DNA of 64,000 nt from Candidatus Multivoradales bacterium (GTDB lineage: Bacteria; Acidobacteriota; Thermoanaerobaculia; Multivoradales; JAHEKO01): NCBI GenBank assembly GCA_965248055.1, contig CBDFIJ010000004.1, positions 1,632,001 to 1,696,000 of the forward strand, read 5' to 3'. Shown piece after piece: positions 27,929-37,352 of this stretch. The position numbers and the translations under genes are program-made. Within the stretch, counting starts at the first letter, position 1. Each line of letters begins with the position of its first letter. The notes under the pieces were generated by a model. It searched no databases and had not been told where the DNA came from. It saw only the letters and a program-made list of their open reading frames with translations.

Positions 27929-29122
27929 CTATCGTTCCAGATACCCAGTCCGTGCCCGAACGTCACCCGACAAACTCACTTGAACTTCCACTTCGTGCCA
28001 TGTCCCTGGCCCATTTTGGGCTGTTGGGTAGTACCCCAAAACGTACTGGTCGCGGAGTTCCCCAAGGATTGTAGAGAACGCGTAACCGGCCTCCGAAACC
28101 TGCGAAACGGGCACAATCCGACCGCCACTTTCTACAACCGCTTGACGCAAGAATGCGAACTCTCGACGATTCTCCTCCATGCCACGCCAATTGTTCATGC
28201 GCCCCTTTGAACTCTGGCCAAGCTGAATCCAATAGAAAACCGCCTGTTCTCGGCGCATCACGGTCAATATCTGGCCCATCGGAAGCGAACTATCAACATC
28301 TTCGCCGTCGGACAGCAGTACCAAAACTTTTCGGCTAAGTCGTGGGGTTAGCCGCTTTAACCCCAGATACACTGCATCGCTCACGGCGCTTCCACCCTCC
28401 GCAGTTACATCTCTCAACCCCAGCAAAATCAATCGCGAGAAAGAAGAGAACGGCGTTTCTCGAAGGACGCGATCGGAAAATAGGATCAGCTTAGCCTCAT
28501 CCAGGGGACCGAGATCACCAAGAAAGGACTCCGCCCCCTCGACAGAGATCTGGAGTTTCCCATCCGCCATACTGAGACTGGAGTCGACCATCAACACGGC
28601 ACTAAACGGAACATCCCCTCCAGAAAACGTAACCAAAGTTTGCTCCACTCCGTCATCCAAGACGCGAAACGCGCTTTCTGGCAATCCCGTCACTCGGCCC
28701 ACGTTGTTCGACACCGTGGCAAAAATCTGACGCAACTCCACATCAACTTCCAGGTCACTTTCGATCTTGGTCGAAGAAACACTGGAGGACCCACTTGATC
28801 CGGCCGCACCTCGAGCGACCACCTCAAAACGATGTTCTCGATTCTCCTGGCCAACATCAATCTGGACTTCAAACGGTGCCTCTTGGTCGGTCGCCACCAA
28901 GAATCCATCGAGATAAAACTCCACGCGCTCGATTGTGGATCCTGGAGGATAGACCTCTGCTGCCACCTGCGTCGGACCAAATACCACCTGACCAAACTCT
29001 GGAGCGGTAATCGCGATTTCTAGACGTTCCTGCCCGACTACGGCCTGAGCATTCCAGGCGAGCCAGAGGGCTAGACAGGAAGCAACGCCAGTTTCCCTGT
29101 GCCGTTTCCGACTGATCATCAT
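27929..29122 (-). CDS. Ig-like (Big) + VWA domain protein
   Basis: IERVEFYLDG...APF Ig-like motif; MIDAS DSSLS, LLSDGED, SGG, LRDQYVLGYYP. Confidence 0.85.
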   Translation of the reverse strand: MMISRKRHRETGVASCLALWLAWNAQAVVGQERLEIAITAPEFGQVVFGPTQVAAEVYPPGSTIERVEFYLDGFLVATDQEAPFEVQIDVGQENREHRFEVVARGAAGSSGSSSVSSTKIESDLEVDVELRQIFATVSNNVGRVTGLPESAFRVLDDGVEQTLVTFSGGDVPFSAVLMVDSSLSMADGKLQISVEGAESFLGDLGPLDEAKLILFSDRVLRETPFSSFSRLILLGLRDVTAEGGSAVSDAVYLGLKRLTPRLSRKVLVLLSDGEDVDSSLPMGQILTVMRREQAVFYWIQLGQSSKGRMNNWRGMEENRREFAFLRQAVVESGGRIVPVSQVSEAGYAFSTILGELRDQYVLGYYPTAQNGPGTWHEVEVQVSLSGDVRARTGYLER

Positions 29123-29138
29123 CTTGCTGTCGTTCCGT

Positions 29139-31136
29139 TCAGGAAAGACCTTGGAGGGCCTTCAAGAGAGAGCTTCGATAGGCTTCTGATCGCTGCTCGA
29201 ACAAACTACGGACTTCGCTGATTTTTTCTTGTGGATCTTTAGAGTACCGGTGACGTTCACTTTCTCCGGTGCGCGCCTTAATCCAGGTTACCTCCGCCAA
29301 GGACTCCTGTGGTCGGCCCTGCAAATCATGGAACATCGCTTGTAGATATGCCAAGCCTTGATTTTCAGGAAATCGTTTACGGAACTCTAAGAAATAACGA
29401 CTCGCTTCCTCTGGTATGCCCCCTTCGATATAGAACCGCAGTAATTCTTGGGCTGCTAAGGCTGCCACCCAATCGTCACTCGCAGATAGCTCCTTGAGTT
29501 CCGAAATTCCTAACTCAGAGCGGTTAAGTCGGAGGTTCACCAGCGCGCGACGAATGCGCGCTTCCCGGGTCGGTTTTTCGATGTTCTCCAACAACGCGAT
29601 CACGCCCCGATAGTCACCGCTGCGTTCAAGTCGCCACGCCAGTAACTCCATGGCTTGCGCGTGATCTGGGGATGACCGCAAAGCAACCCGTAAGGATTCC
29701 AGTCCCGTTGGATCACCACCGCTGGCTTGCATTCCACCTATCGCAGCAAAGAAGTCGCCCGTTTCTTCTCCGGTCTCGCTCTTGTCTAACCCCAAATATC
29801 TCTGAGCGAGAGATAGGGCGAGTCGTTTGCAGTGGGTTGAAAGTTGGTACTCACGTTCTCGTAGATGATCTGTATAACGGTTCAAGTAAAGAGCCAATAT
29901 TGGTATCACCGCACCGGGCTCTCGTTGGCCAATCGAATCAAAAACGCGCAGCTCCAAGTCCGCGAGCGTTGCAAGCGCTTCGCCCGATCCTTGTATCAGG
30001 TCGTTCTCCAATTCTCCCAACCGAGACTGCGCGGCCGGATCTCCATTGGCCCAATCAGTCAGAACCGCCAAGAGCCTCCGGCGAATCTCCGGCTTGGGAA
30101 GGGCCAACTTTCGACTTACCGGTGCAGCCGCAACCTGTGCAGGAAGATCTTCCGCTTCGGCATTTCGTTTGACACGAGTCCAGGTCGTAGCAGTTTCTAT
30201 CTGCGAAGTCAGCAATACTTCGACAACCCCACCGCGCACCAATTCAGCATCTACTCCCTGCGCCACAAGCGAACCGGCAACTAGGTCCCGGCCCGAGGTA
30301 GTATTCTCGCCCACTGCAACTGGGGCGATCTCAAATCGACCTTCTACCGCCAAGTCTGGAGTTATCGTCGACTCCGCAATCGACCAACGACCCGGTCCTT
30401 GAGCAAATGTCCATCCAGTTGTGGTCAATGCCGCTTCTGCTTTCTCGTGGCTATTTTCGATCAAGATCTGGTTCGTACCGAGCACAAACATCCGGACGTT
30501 CCAAGGCTGATTTGCTGGCAATACACTCAGGGCGGACGGCTCGAAATTCGTCGGCGGCACCAGTCCGTCTAGCGGAATCTCCAACCAACTAGCCGCGACT
30601 TGATCCACTTCAAATGCTGAAATCGAAGCCTCGCGTGGGCTTGGCACACGCACCTGGTTTTGCCTCAGCCCCACCCGTCCAGAGATTGGCTCCGAGACCA
30701 GTGTCCGCAACCTATAGTCTCCCGCCGGAAGCTCAATTCCACCAACCACGCGGACTCCATCAACCGCGATCAAGCCCGCTGGATTAGATATCTCCACAAC
30801 CCGAGATTTGGCGAACACGATATTTCCTTGGCCTTCAAGGACGTATGTCGAAATTTTGACAAACAGTCGCTCCGGGATCGAGCCGGACAACAGGTTGTCC
30901 GCATCGACCTCCAACCACCAACCAATCGCTGGGGTTCCATCCTCAAGAGGAATCACCGAAGCAACTTGCTCGAAGAGTAGATCTCCTCCCTGTTGGTCGC
31001 TCATTATCAACGCTACATGTTCCGCCGCCAACCCACTGTGTGTAAGGAGACGAGCGGTTGGTAACGAAACCTCTTGACCTACAGCGATTCCGCTGGCAAG
31101 AACCGAGAGAGCTGCGGCAATGATCGAACGCATCAA
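29139..31136 (-). CDS. Secreted hypothetical protein: beta-sandwich N-half + helical/TPR C-half
   Basis: Signal peptide; LPAGDYRLRTLV...SGRVG resembles the C-terminal domain of Acidobacterial VWA proteins; ATGA overlap with the upstream VWA gene. Confidence 0.65.
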   Translation of the reverse strand: MMRSIIAAALSVLASGIAVGQEVSLPTARLLTHSGLAAEHVALIMSDQQGGDLLFEQVASVIPLEDGTPAIGWWLEVDADNLLSGSIPERLFVKISTYVLEGQGNIVFAKSRVVEISNPAGLIAVDGVRVVGGIELPAGDYRLRTLVSEPISGRVGLRQNQVRVPSPREASISAFEVDQVAASWLEIPLDGLVPPTNFEPSALSVLPANQPWNVRMFVLGTNQILIENSHEKAEAALTTTGWTFAQGPGRWSIAESTITPDLAVEGRFEIAPVAVGENTTSGRDLVAGSLVAQGVDAELVRGGVVEVLLTSQIETATTWTRVKRNAEAEDLPAQVAAAPVSRKLALPKPEIRRRLLAVLTDWANGDPAAQSRLGELENDLIQGSGEALATLADLELRVFDSIGQREPGAVIPILALYLNRYTDHLREREYQLSTHCKRLALSLAQRYLGLDKSETGEETGDFFAAIGGMQASGGDPTGLESLRVALRSSPDHAQAMELLAWRLERSGDYRGVIALLENIEKPTREARIRRALVNLRLNRSELGISELKELSASDDWVAALAAQELLRFYIEGGIPEEASRYFLEFRKRFPENQGLAYLQAMFHDLQGRPQESLAEVTWIKARTGESERHRYSKDPQEKISEVRSLFEQRSEAYRSSLLKALQGLS

Positions 31137-32914
31137 CCAAACGACGGAGCCACTAATTCAGCTTGCGCTACCGAGTCAGTTTGACCGATCTCGTCGTAAA
31201 CAGTGACCACCACGGTGTGGCCGATAGCACGCAACTTGAGAGTGAACGTGTAACCACCGGTTTGAGCGAGCGCGTTATAAAGATCGTTATTGGGAATCCT
31301 TAACGGCAGAGTCTGTTTGGTCACCGGAGCCATTCGGCCTTGCTCATCGCGCGCAGCAATAAACAGGGAAATCCGACCTTCATGGGCCTCCCCTTGGGGT
31401 AAAAGGGTTAACTTAGACATCGGCACTTTCACCATCACGGGAACGTTGGCAAATCCTTTCTCATCCTGCTCCGGCTGGCCAAACTCCACGGCAACCCCCA
31501 TCGGGTTGGGCGCTCCAACCAGTAGCAAGGCAGACCGGGTCCGATCTACTAGCCGCTCGTCGGTGGTCGTTTCCCGGTAGTGGTGTCGATATCGAAGCTC
31601 CACGCCCGGGCGCAAAACTTCGACTTTGATTTTTCGCCGAGCGCTCTCCTTGGCCAAGGAATTTGGCCGATAGGCAATCGAATACATGCTGTCAAAATCG
31701 CGGCGAATGCCTTGCAAGAGATTCCCCATGGAGCCGGTCGTCGAACTCCCTCCTGTCGATCCAGACATCAAGTTCATCACTGCAGCACGATTGGAGATCT
31801 CCGCCGATTGCATTTCGGGGGTTAACGTTCGGTTTCCCGCCGCATCCAACCCTTGGATCTCAACCGAAGTCATTCCACTGACGGCTTCCAACGGATTGAG
31901 TGTGTACAGCGTTATGCGGTGGGTATTGGCGGTCCGAGCTAAGTCCTCCACAGCATCACTGGCGTCAAACTCTTCAAGTTCCCTAATACGGCTGAACTCG
32001 TTCGCGCCGACGTTCGAAGCGCTCGAAAATCTCTGCTCCCAATAGCGAGCTAGACCAGCGGACGGCTGTTGGGTCATTCCGGCGCCAGCGTATATCAGTG
32101 CCTTGGGACCCGGCAAAGCGGACAAAACGCTCAACGCTTCGCGCACACCGGCCAAGGTTCGTAACGTGTTGGCGTGGGTTTCTTCCGCATAGATACGAAT
32201 CGCGGACAGCGCAGCGCTGGCCACAGCTGCAGTGTTATCTTGCGAAAAGCCACCGCCCCCCCCACTGCCAGTGTCAGTTGAAATTTCTCGAAGAACGTTG
32301 CGATAGGACACGGTCCGCAAGACTCCGGTCGCAGAACTATTGGAGATCTTCTCCACCGCAGCGAGGAGCTCCGCTATTGAAGCGGTCGGTTGTTGAGCCA
32401 CGCTCAACTTGCCGTTGTAGCTCAACAAGACAATTCGATCTTGAGGTCTGAGCTCGGCCCCTAGAAACTTTTCTAAGTTGTTAAGGATTACTCTACGGCT
32501 TCCTGGCACCAAGCTCGTATTGTCAACAAAAACAGCCATCGTTAGTGGCGGGTCGGTTGCTGTTCCCTGGTCAATTTCCGATTCGTCAACTTGTTCTTCC
32601 GAAACTCGACTTGCCTGAAGAATCGCGGCCTCTTCCCCTGCTCGATAGAAGTTGGTGATCGCAACTTCCGCACCATCTTCATAGACGCGAAATTCCTCGG
32701 GTTCTAGGTCCATCACTGCGTTGCCCACTTTGTCCAGCGCCACCACGTCAACGTTAATAATCTTGACTTCAACCGCGTCGAAAAAAGAGTCCAGTTCCTG
32801 CTCCGCAGCTTGACCAATTGCAGACGTTTGGCCCGCGACCAGGGCGCACAGCAGCATCAATGGAAGAGGCCGGCAGTTTGCTGTCAACCGTGATCCAATC
32901 TCGTGTGTCTTCAT
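31133..32914 (-). CDS. Acidobacterial-type VWA domain protein (copy 1)
   Basis: FFDAVEVKIINVDVVALDKVG, LPGPKALIY, TLYTL, STGG, YSIAYRP; start moved to ATG 32914 (AGGAGA RBS). Confidence 0.85.
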   Translation of the reverse strand: MKTHEIGSRLTANCRPLPLMLLCALVAGQTSAIGQAAEQELDSFFDAVEVKIINVDVVALDKVGNAVMDLEPEEFRVYEDGAEVAITNFYRAGEEAAILQASRVSEEQVDESEIDQGTATDPPLTMAVFVDNTSLVPGSRRVILNNLEKFLGAELRPQDRIVLLSYNGKLSVAQQPTASIAELLAAVEKISNSSATGVLRTVSYRNVLREISTDTGSGGGGGFSQDNTAAVASAALSAIRIYAEETHANTLRTLAGVREALSVLSALPGPKALIYAGAGMTQQPSAGLARYWEQRFSSASNVGANEFSRIRELEEFDASDAVEDLARTANTHRITLYTLNPLEAVSGMTSVEIQGLDAAGNRTLTPEMQSAEISNRAAVMNLMSGSTGGSSTTGSMGNLLQGIRRDFDSMYSIAYRPNSLAKESARRKIKVEVLRPGVELRYRHHYRETTTDERLVDRTRSALLLVGAPNPMGVAVEFGQPEQDEKGFANVPVMVKVPMSKLTLLPQGEAHEGRISLFIAARDEQGRMAPVTKQTLPLRIPNNDLYNALAQTGGYTFTLKLRAIGHTVVVTVYDEIGQTDSVAQAELVAPSFG

Positions 32915-33207
32915 ATTGAGTCTCCTAAACCCTACCGCCCACAACGAATTGTCTCACTTTCTCGTTTGGCCGTGCAGCATTGCTAAACCTGTATTGGGCA
33001 GGCTTCATTGTTTGACCGTATTTCTTTCGTATGATTTCGTGTATTGGTCGTCTGTCAACGCCGTTCTTTACCCAGGCTAATGCTGTAGAAAAGATCGACG
33101 ACCCCACTGGACTCGCCTACAAACCTCCTGCGGTATCGCCTAACAGCACGAGCGACATGAAACAATCCCCTTTCGTGCGGATCCCTGTTATTCGTTCAAT
33201 CTTAGCT

Positions 33208-34908
33208 ATGAATCCAAATACTTCTTCTTTTCACGCAACACTCTTGCTCGCCATTGCCATGGCGTTGCTGTCGCCTGTCCAGTCACAGGAACATCCAACG
33301 GGGCTCTTCTTCGGCAGTGTTGACGTTCAAGTTGTCAACATCGATGTTCACGTCTCTAAGAAAGATGGTACTCCGATCACAGATCTAACCCTGGAAGATT
33401 TTGAACTCTTAGAAGATGGAAGACCGGTCACCATCTCGGATTTTTTCTCTGTCAAGGGTGGCCGGCTAGATCCCCGTAGTTCAGAATCCGACCTCGAAAA
33501 CGGGGCTGAACCAAGCCTCGCCGAGTTGCCTCCCGGCGAAATCAGCGACCAAGTACCGGAAAACCAGCGCCTCCATTTGGTCCTTTACGTCGACAACTTC
33601 AATCTTCACCCGCTCAGCCGACGCTGGGTGATCGATGGGGTCAATCAGTTCCTTCTTAACTATGTCAACCCCGAGGATCGGGTACTCGTCGTCAGCTACG
33701 ACCGCGACCTGAAAATCCGTACCCGCGGTTTCGTCAATGACCGACAAGAGATCTCTGAAGCGCTGGAAGCTGCGGCATTGGTAACCGCCCATGCGGTCAA
33801 TCGAGACGGTGAGAGACAGCGGGTACTGCAAGACATCGACCGAGCAGACGACCCCCTCTTTGCACTATCAGAAGCTCGCGCCCACGCAGATTTTGTCCGC
33901 AACGAACTGGGGTTCGGTATTGACGCAGTTCGCGACGTTGTCACCAAGATAGCCGGAATCGATGGTCGCAAGGCGATGCTCTACATCAGCGATGGGGTGC
34001 CCCGGATACCCGGCGAAGACCTCTTTCTTGCCGCCACGGAACGCTTCCAGCAAGGGCCTTCGCCCGACGTCTTTCGCTACGACATGAGCCGTCGCTATCG
34101 GGAGCTAACTGCCCAAGCGAACGCCGCGGGAGTGACCCTCTACACCCTGGACGCTCGAGGACTGCACAGCGGGCAAAGCACCTCAGCAGAGATCAACTAC
34201 ACCAATCTCTTGAACGTCAAAACGCTTATCGACAACACACACGACCTCAACCTGCAAGCCCCGCTAATCGAGCTAGCCGACGACACAGGAGGACAGGCGA
34301 TCCTCAACACCAACGCGCTCGGTCCGGCTTTTCGGGCCCTGAATCAAGATCTTCGAACTTACTACTCGCTCGGGTACCAACCTTTGTCAACCGACGGTCG
34401 ATATCATCGCCTGGAAGTCAAAGTGAATCGCCCCGGGATCAAAATTCGTCATCGCTCCGGGTATCGAGCGAAAGCTCGTGATCAGAGGATTCAAGAGTCC
34501 TCGTCCGCTGCCTTGGATTTCGGACTTGAAAAGAATCCTTTAGAAGCGGAGATTCTTTTCGGCCAGACCGCTTCGACCGATGGTGACCTCCTGTCTCTTC
34601 CGGTTGAAGTCCATGTCCCGATTGGCAGCCTTACTCTTGTACCGTCTGAAGGAAAGCACCATGGACGACTGCGAATCTTGGTCGGCATTCGCGATCAACG
34701 AGGAAACACCTCGGGTGTGTTCACGCAACAACCGGCAGATATTGTTATTCCAGATTCGGACCTTGAGACGGCCCGCACACAACGCTTTGTCTACCAATTT
34801 ACGCTTGGGGTAGAAGCAAAACCACAGCAGGTTCTGGTAACCATCATCGACGACTACGGAACCGCTGTATCGCACCTACTGGAAGCCATTTCCCCGCGTC
34901 CTTCGTAG
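33208..34908 (+). CDS. Acidobacterial-type VWA domain protein (copy 2)
   Basis: SVDVQVVNIDVHVSKKDG, GRKAMLYISDG, TLYTLDARGL, LADDTGG, YYSLGYQP; start uncertain (33157/33208). Confidence 0.85.
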   Translation: MNPNTSSFHATLLLAIAMALLSPVQSQEHPTGLFFGSVDVQVVNIDVHVSKKDGTPITDLTLEDFELLEDGRPVTISDFFSVKGGRLDPRSSESDLENGAEPSLAELPPGEISDQVPENQRLHLVLYVDNFNLHPLSRRWVIDGVNQFLLNYVNPEDRVLVVSYDRDLKIRTRGFVNDRQEISEALEAAALVTAHAVNRDGERQRVLQDIDRADDPLFALSEARAHADFVRNELGFGIDAVRDVVTKIAGIDGRKAMLYISDGVPRIPGEDLFLAATERFQQGPSPDVFRYDMSRRYRELTAQANAAGVTLYTLDARGLHSGQSTSAEINYTNLLNVKTLIDNTHDLNLQAPLIELADDTGGQAILNTNALGPAFRALNQDLRTYYSLGYQPLSTDGRYHRLEVKVNRPGIKIRHRSGYRAKARDQRIQESSSAALDFGLEKNPLEAEILFGQTASTDGDLLSLPVEVHVPIGSLTLVPSEGKHHGRLRILVGIRDQRGNTSGVFTQQPADIVIPDSDLETARTQRFVYQFTLGVEAKPQQVLVTIIDDYGTAVSHLLEAISPRPS

Positions 34909-34944
34909 ACACAAGACCTGCTCAACGACGGCGGGTCAACCAAC

Positions 34945-37232
34945 ATGAACTGGCTTACCGGCATTCTGTCCAGCAGCTCGGGACCAACCCCCCGTCCGCA
35001 GCTAGACAGCAACCGCCAATCCACGGTTCGTGGGCTGTACGTAGTCGGCGATCTAGCCGGCGCCCCGGTGATCAAGCTAGCGATGGATCAAGCGGTTGAG
35101 GTCGTCGACCTGATCGCCAAAGACATCGCTTCAGAAAAGGTAGTTGTGGGGGCGAGGTCTTTGATGTATTGGTGATCGGGGCAGGAGCTGCAGGAATTGC
35201 AGCAGCGCTGCGAGCCAAAGAAAAGAGCCTCAGTTGCCTAGTCCTAGAAAAAGTACAGGTCGCCAACACCATCCACAGCTTTCCCGAAGGCAAGTGGATC
35301 TACGCGGAGCCCGACGACCGACCCAGCCGCAGCGACTTGTGGTTTGAAGAATCAACCAAAGAGCAGCTTCTTGAACGATGGCGGGAGGTCATTGATGAGT
35401 ACGGCTTGGCGATTCACGAGAACGAGGCAGTTGGGTCGGTAGAACCAGCTAATGATTGGATCAGCGTAGGCACCCGCCATCGAACCTACCGAGCTCGCCG
35501 GGTGATTCTGGCCACCGGACAACGGGGCAACCCACGCAAGCTAGGCGTGGGCGGAGAGCAGTCCAGCAATATCCATCACCGTCTCTATTCGCCAAAGAAA
35601 AGCCAAGGCAAAAACATCCTTGTGGTTGGCGGTGGCAACTCGGCGGTTGAGGCAGCGATCGCTCTCAGCGAAAACAATGACGTTGTTCTGTCCTACCGGG
35701 GAGGAGAATTCGGACGGGTCTTCAAAGACAATCGCAAGAAGTTAGACCAGGCGATCGCCAGCGGACAGGTGGAAATCCTCTTTCACTCCACGGTCACCCG
35801 GTTCGAGCAGGCCGGAGAATTCGCCAACGCCGCTATTCTGGAGATCGACCATGGCGGCCACCAAGAGCTTCGTCGGGTACCCATCGACCAGGCATTTGTC
35901 CTCGTCGGGTCCGAGTTGCCAGTGGGGTTCCTAAGAAAACTAAGCCTTCGCCTGGAAAACGAGTGGACCGGATCTCCATGGACTGCGCTCGCGGCGACCG
36001 TGGCGAGTTTCTTAGGTGTTGCGCTATACGGGGCCGGTCGTGGTGGCGATGGATTGGCGCTGTTGGACGGGGCTGTCGCGCTCACGCCCTGGATGGGAGC
36101 GGCGATCACGATCGCTGCTCTAGCGTATTTGGTCGTCAGCGGATCCAAGGGCAATCGCTGGGCTTGGTTGGGAGCGTCTTTCTTTACCTGGTATTCGGTC
36201 TACGGCATCAAGGTCGGGGCCGGCGAAGAATTCTGGCCCTATCGGAACTGGGGCTATCAAGCGATGTCCTTTTTTGACCGACCATGGGCCTTTTGGTACA
36301 CCGTCTTGTACACCGGGCTGATGACCGTGTTTGGTATCCAGGCGATGAAACGCTGGGGATTCGATCGCAAGGACCGCTTCCAGATTTGGCGCTACACCAG
36401 TTTGATTAGTTTTCAGTGGTTGTTTTTCTTCTTGATTCCAGAGTTCTTGTTTCGCTGGGCGGTGCAGTATCAGTGGATTGGCGAAAAGCTGGCCACCGAT
36501 CCGCAGTTCGCCGATCAAGCCTGGCGATCGTACGGAATCGTCTACGCCTGGCCACTATTTTTCTATACCTGGCTCTACGACCCGCACCAGATCTGGGTGA
36601 TATGGGGGGCTGTACTGACCTTCATCTTGATTCCCATCTTGGTGTTGTTTCAGGGCAAGCGCTATTGCTCCTGGATTTGTGGTTGCGGCGGATTGGCTGA
36701 GACCTTCGGAGATCGATGGCGCCACTTGGCCCCCAAGGGTCGTTTGTCTATCAAAATGGAAGAAATGGCCAACCTGGTTTTGTTGTTCGCGGTCGTGGCC
36801 ACTGCGATTCTGCTCACCCGAGACATCACCGGGATGTGGAATACCGGCGACGTCGCCGCTTATCTTTATCACATCGTCGCTGACGTCTGGCTGGTCGGCA
36901 TTCTGCCGGTAACGCTATACCCGTTTCTCGGCGGCAAGGTTTGGTGTCGCTACTGGTGTCCCCTGGCGAAAATGATGCAGTTCCAATCGGCATTCTTCGC
37001 CAAACTCGGTTGGTCTCGATTCGCCATCGTCGCTGACGATAAGTGCATCTCCTGTAACGAATGTTCTCGCTATTGTCAGGTCGGGATCGACGTTATGCAG
37101 TACGCGATGAAACAGGAAAAGCTCGACAATGAGACCTCCTCCTGCATCGGTTGCGGGATCTGCGTTACGGTCTGCCCAATGGATACTCTGTCGTATGAAA
37201 ACAGCAAAACTGATTTGCCGATTGTTTCCTAG
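34945..37232 (+). pseudogene. Frameshifted FAD/NAD(P)-dependent reductase (TrxB/YpdA-like, circularly permuted) fused to a NapH/NosR-like membrane 4Fe-4S domain
   Basis: ORF 34945-35175 carries STVRGLYVVGD; ORF 35169-37232 carries (FDVL)VIGAGAAG, ATG, VVGGGNSA, TM helices, CSWICGCG, CRYWCP and two CxxCxxCxxxC(P) motifs. One extra base at A4 (~35135) or G5 (~35148) joins them. May be an intact gene with a sequencing error. Confidence 0.7.
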
Positions 37233-37280
37233 CCAGGGGCAACTCTCACTTCAAACACCCCATGTCGGATCAGTCGGGGA

Positions 37281-37296
37281 TGGCGCAAAAGATGCA
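37281..37296 (+). promoter_or_regulatory. Possible sigma54 motif upstream of VWA copy 3
   Basis: TGGCGC-AAAAG-ATGCA, GG-N10-GC spacing, ~57 nt before the ATG. Confidence 0.5.
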
Positions 37297-37352
37297 ACGA
37301 CTTTTGGCTTCACGATCGCCTAACACTCAGTCACAAAAGCAAACAAAACACC

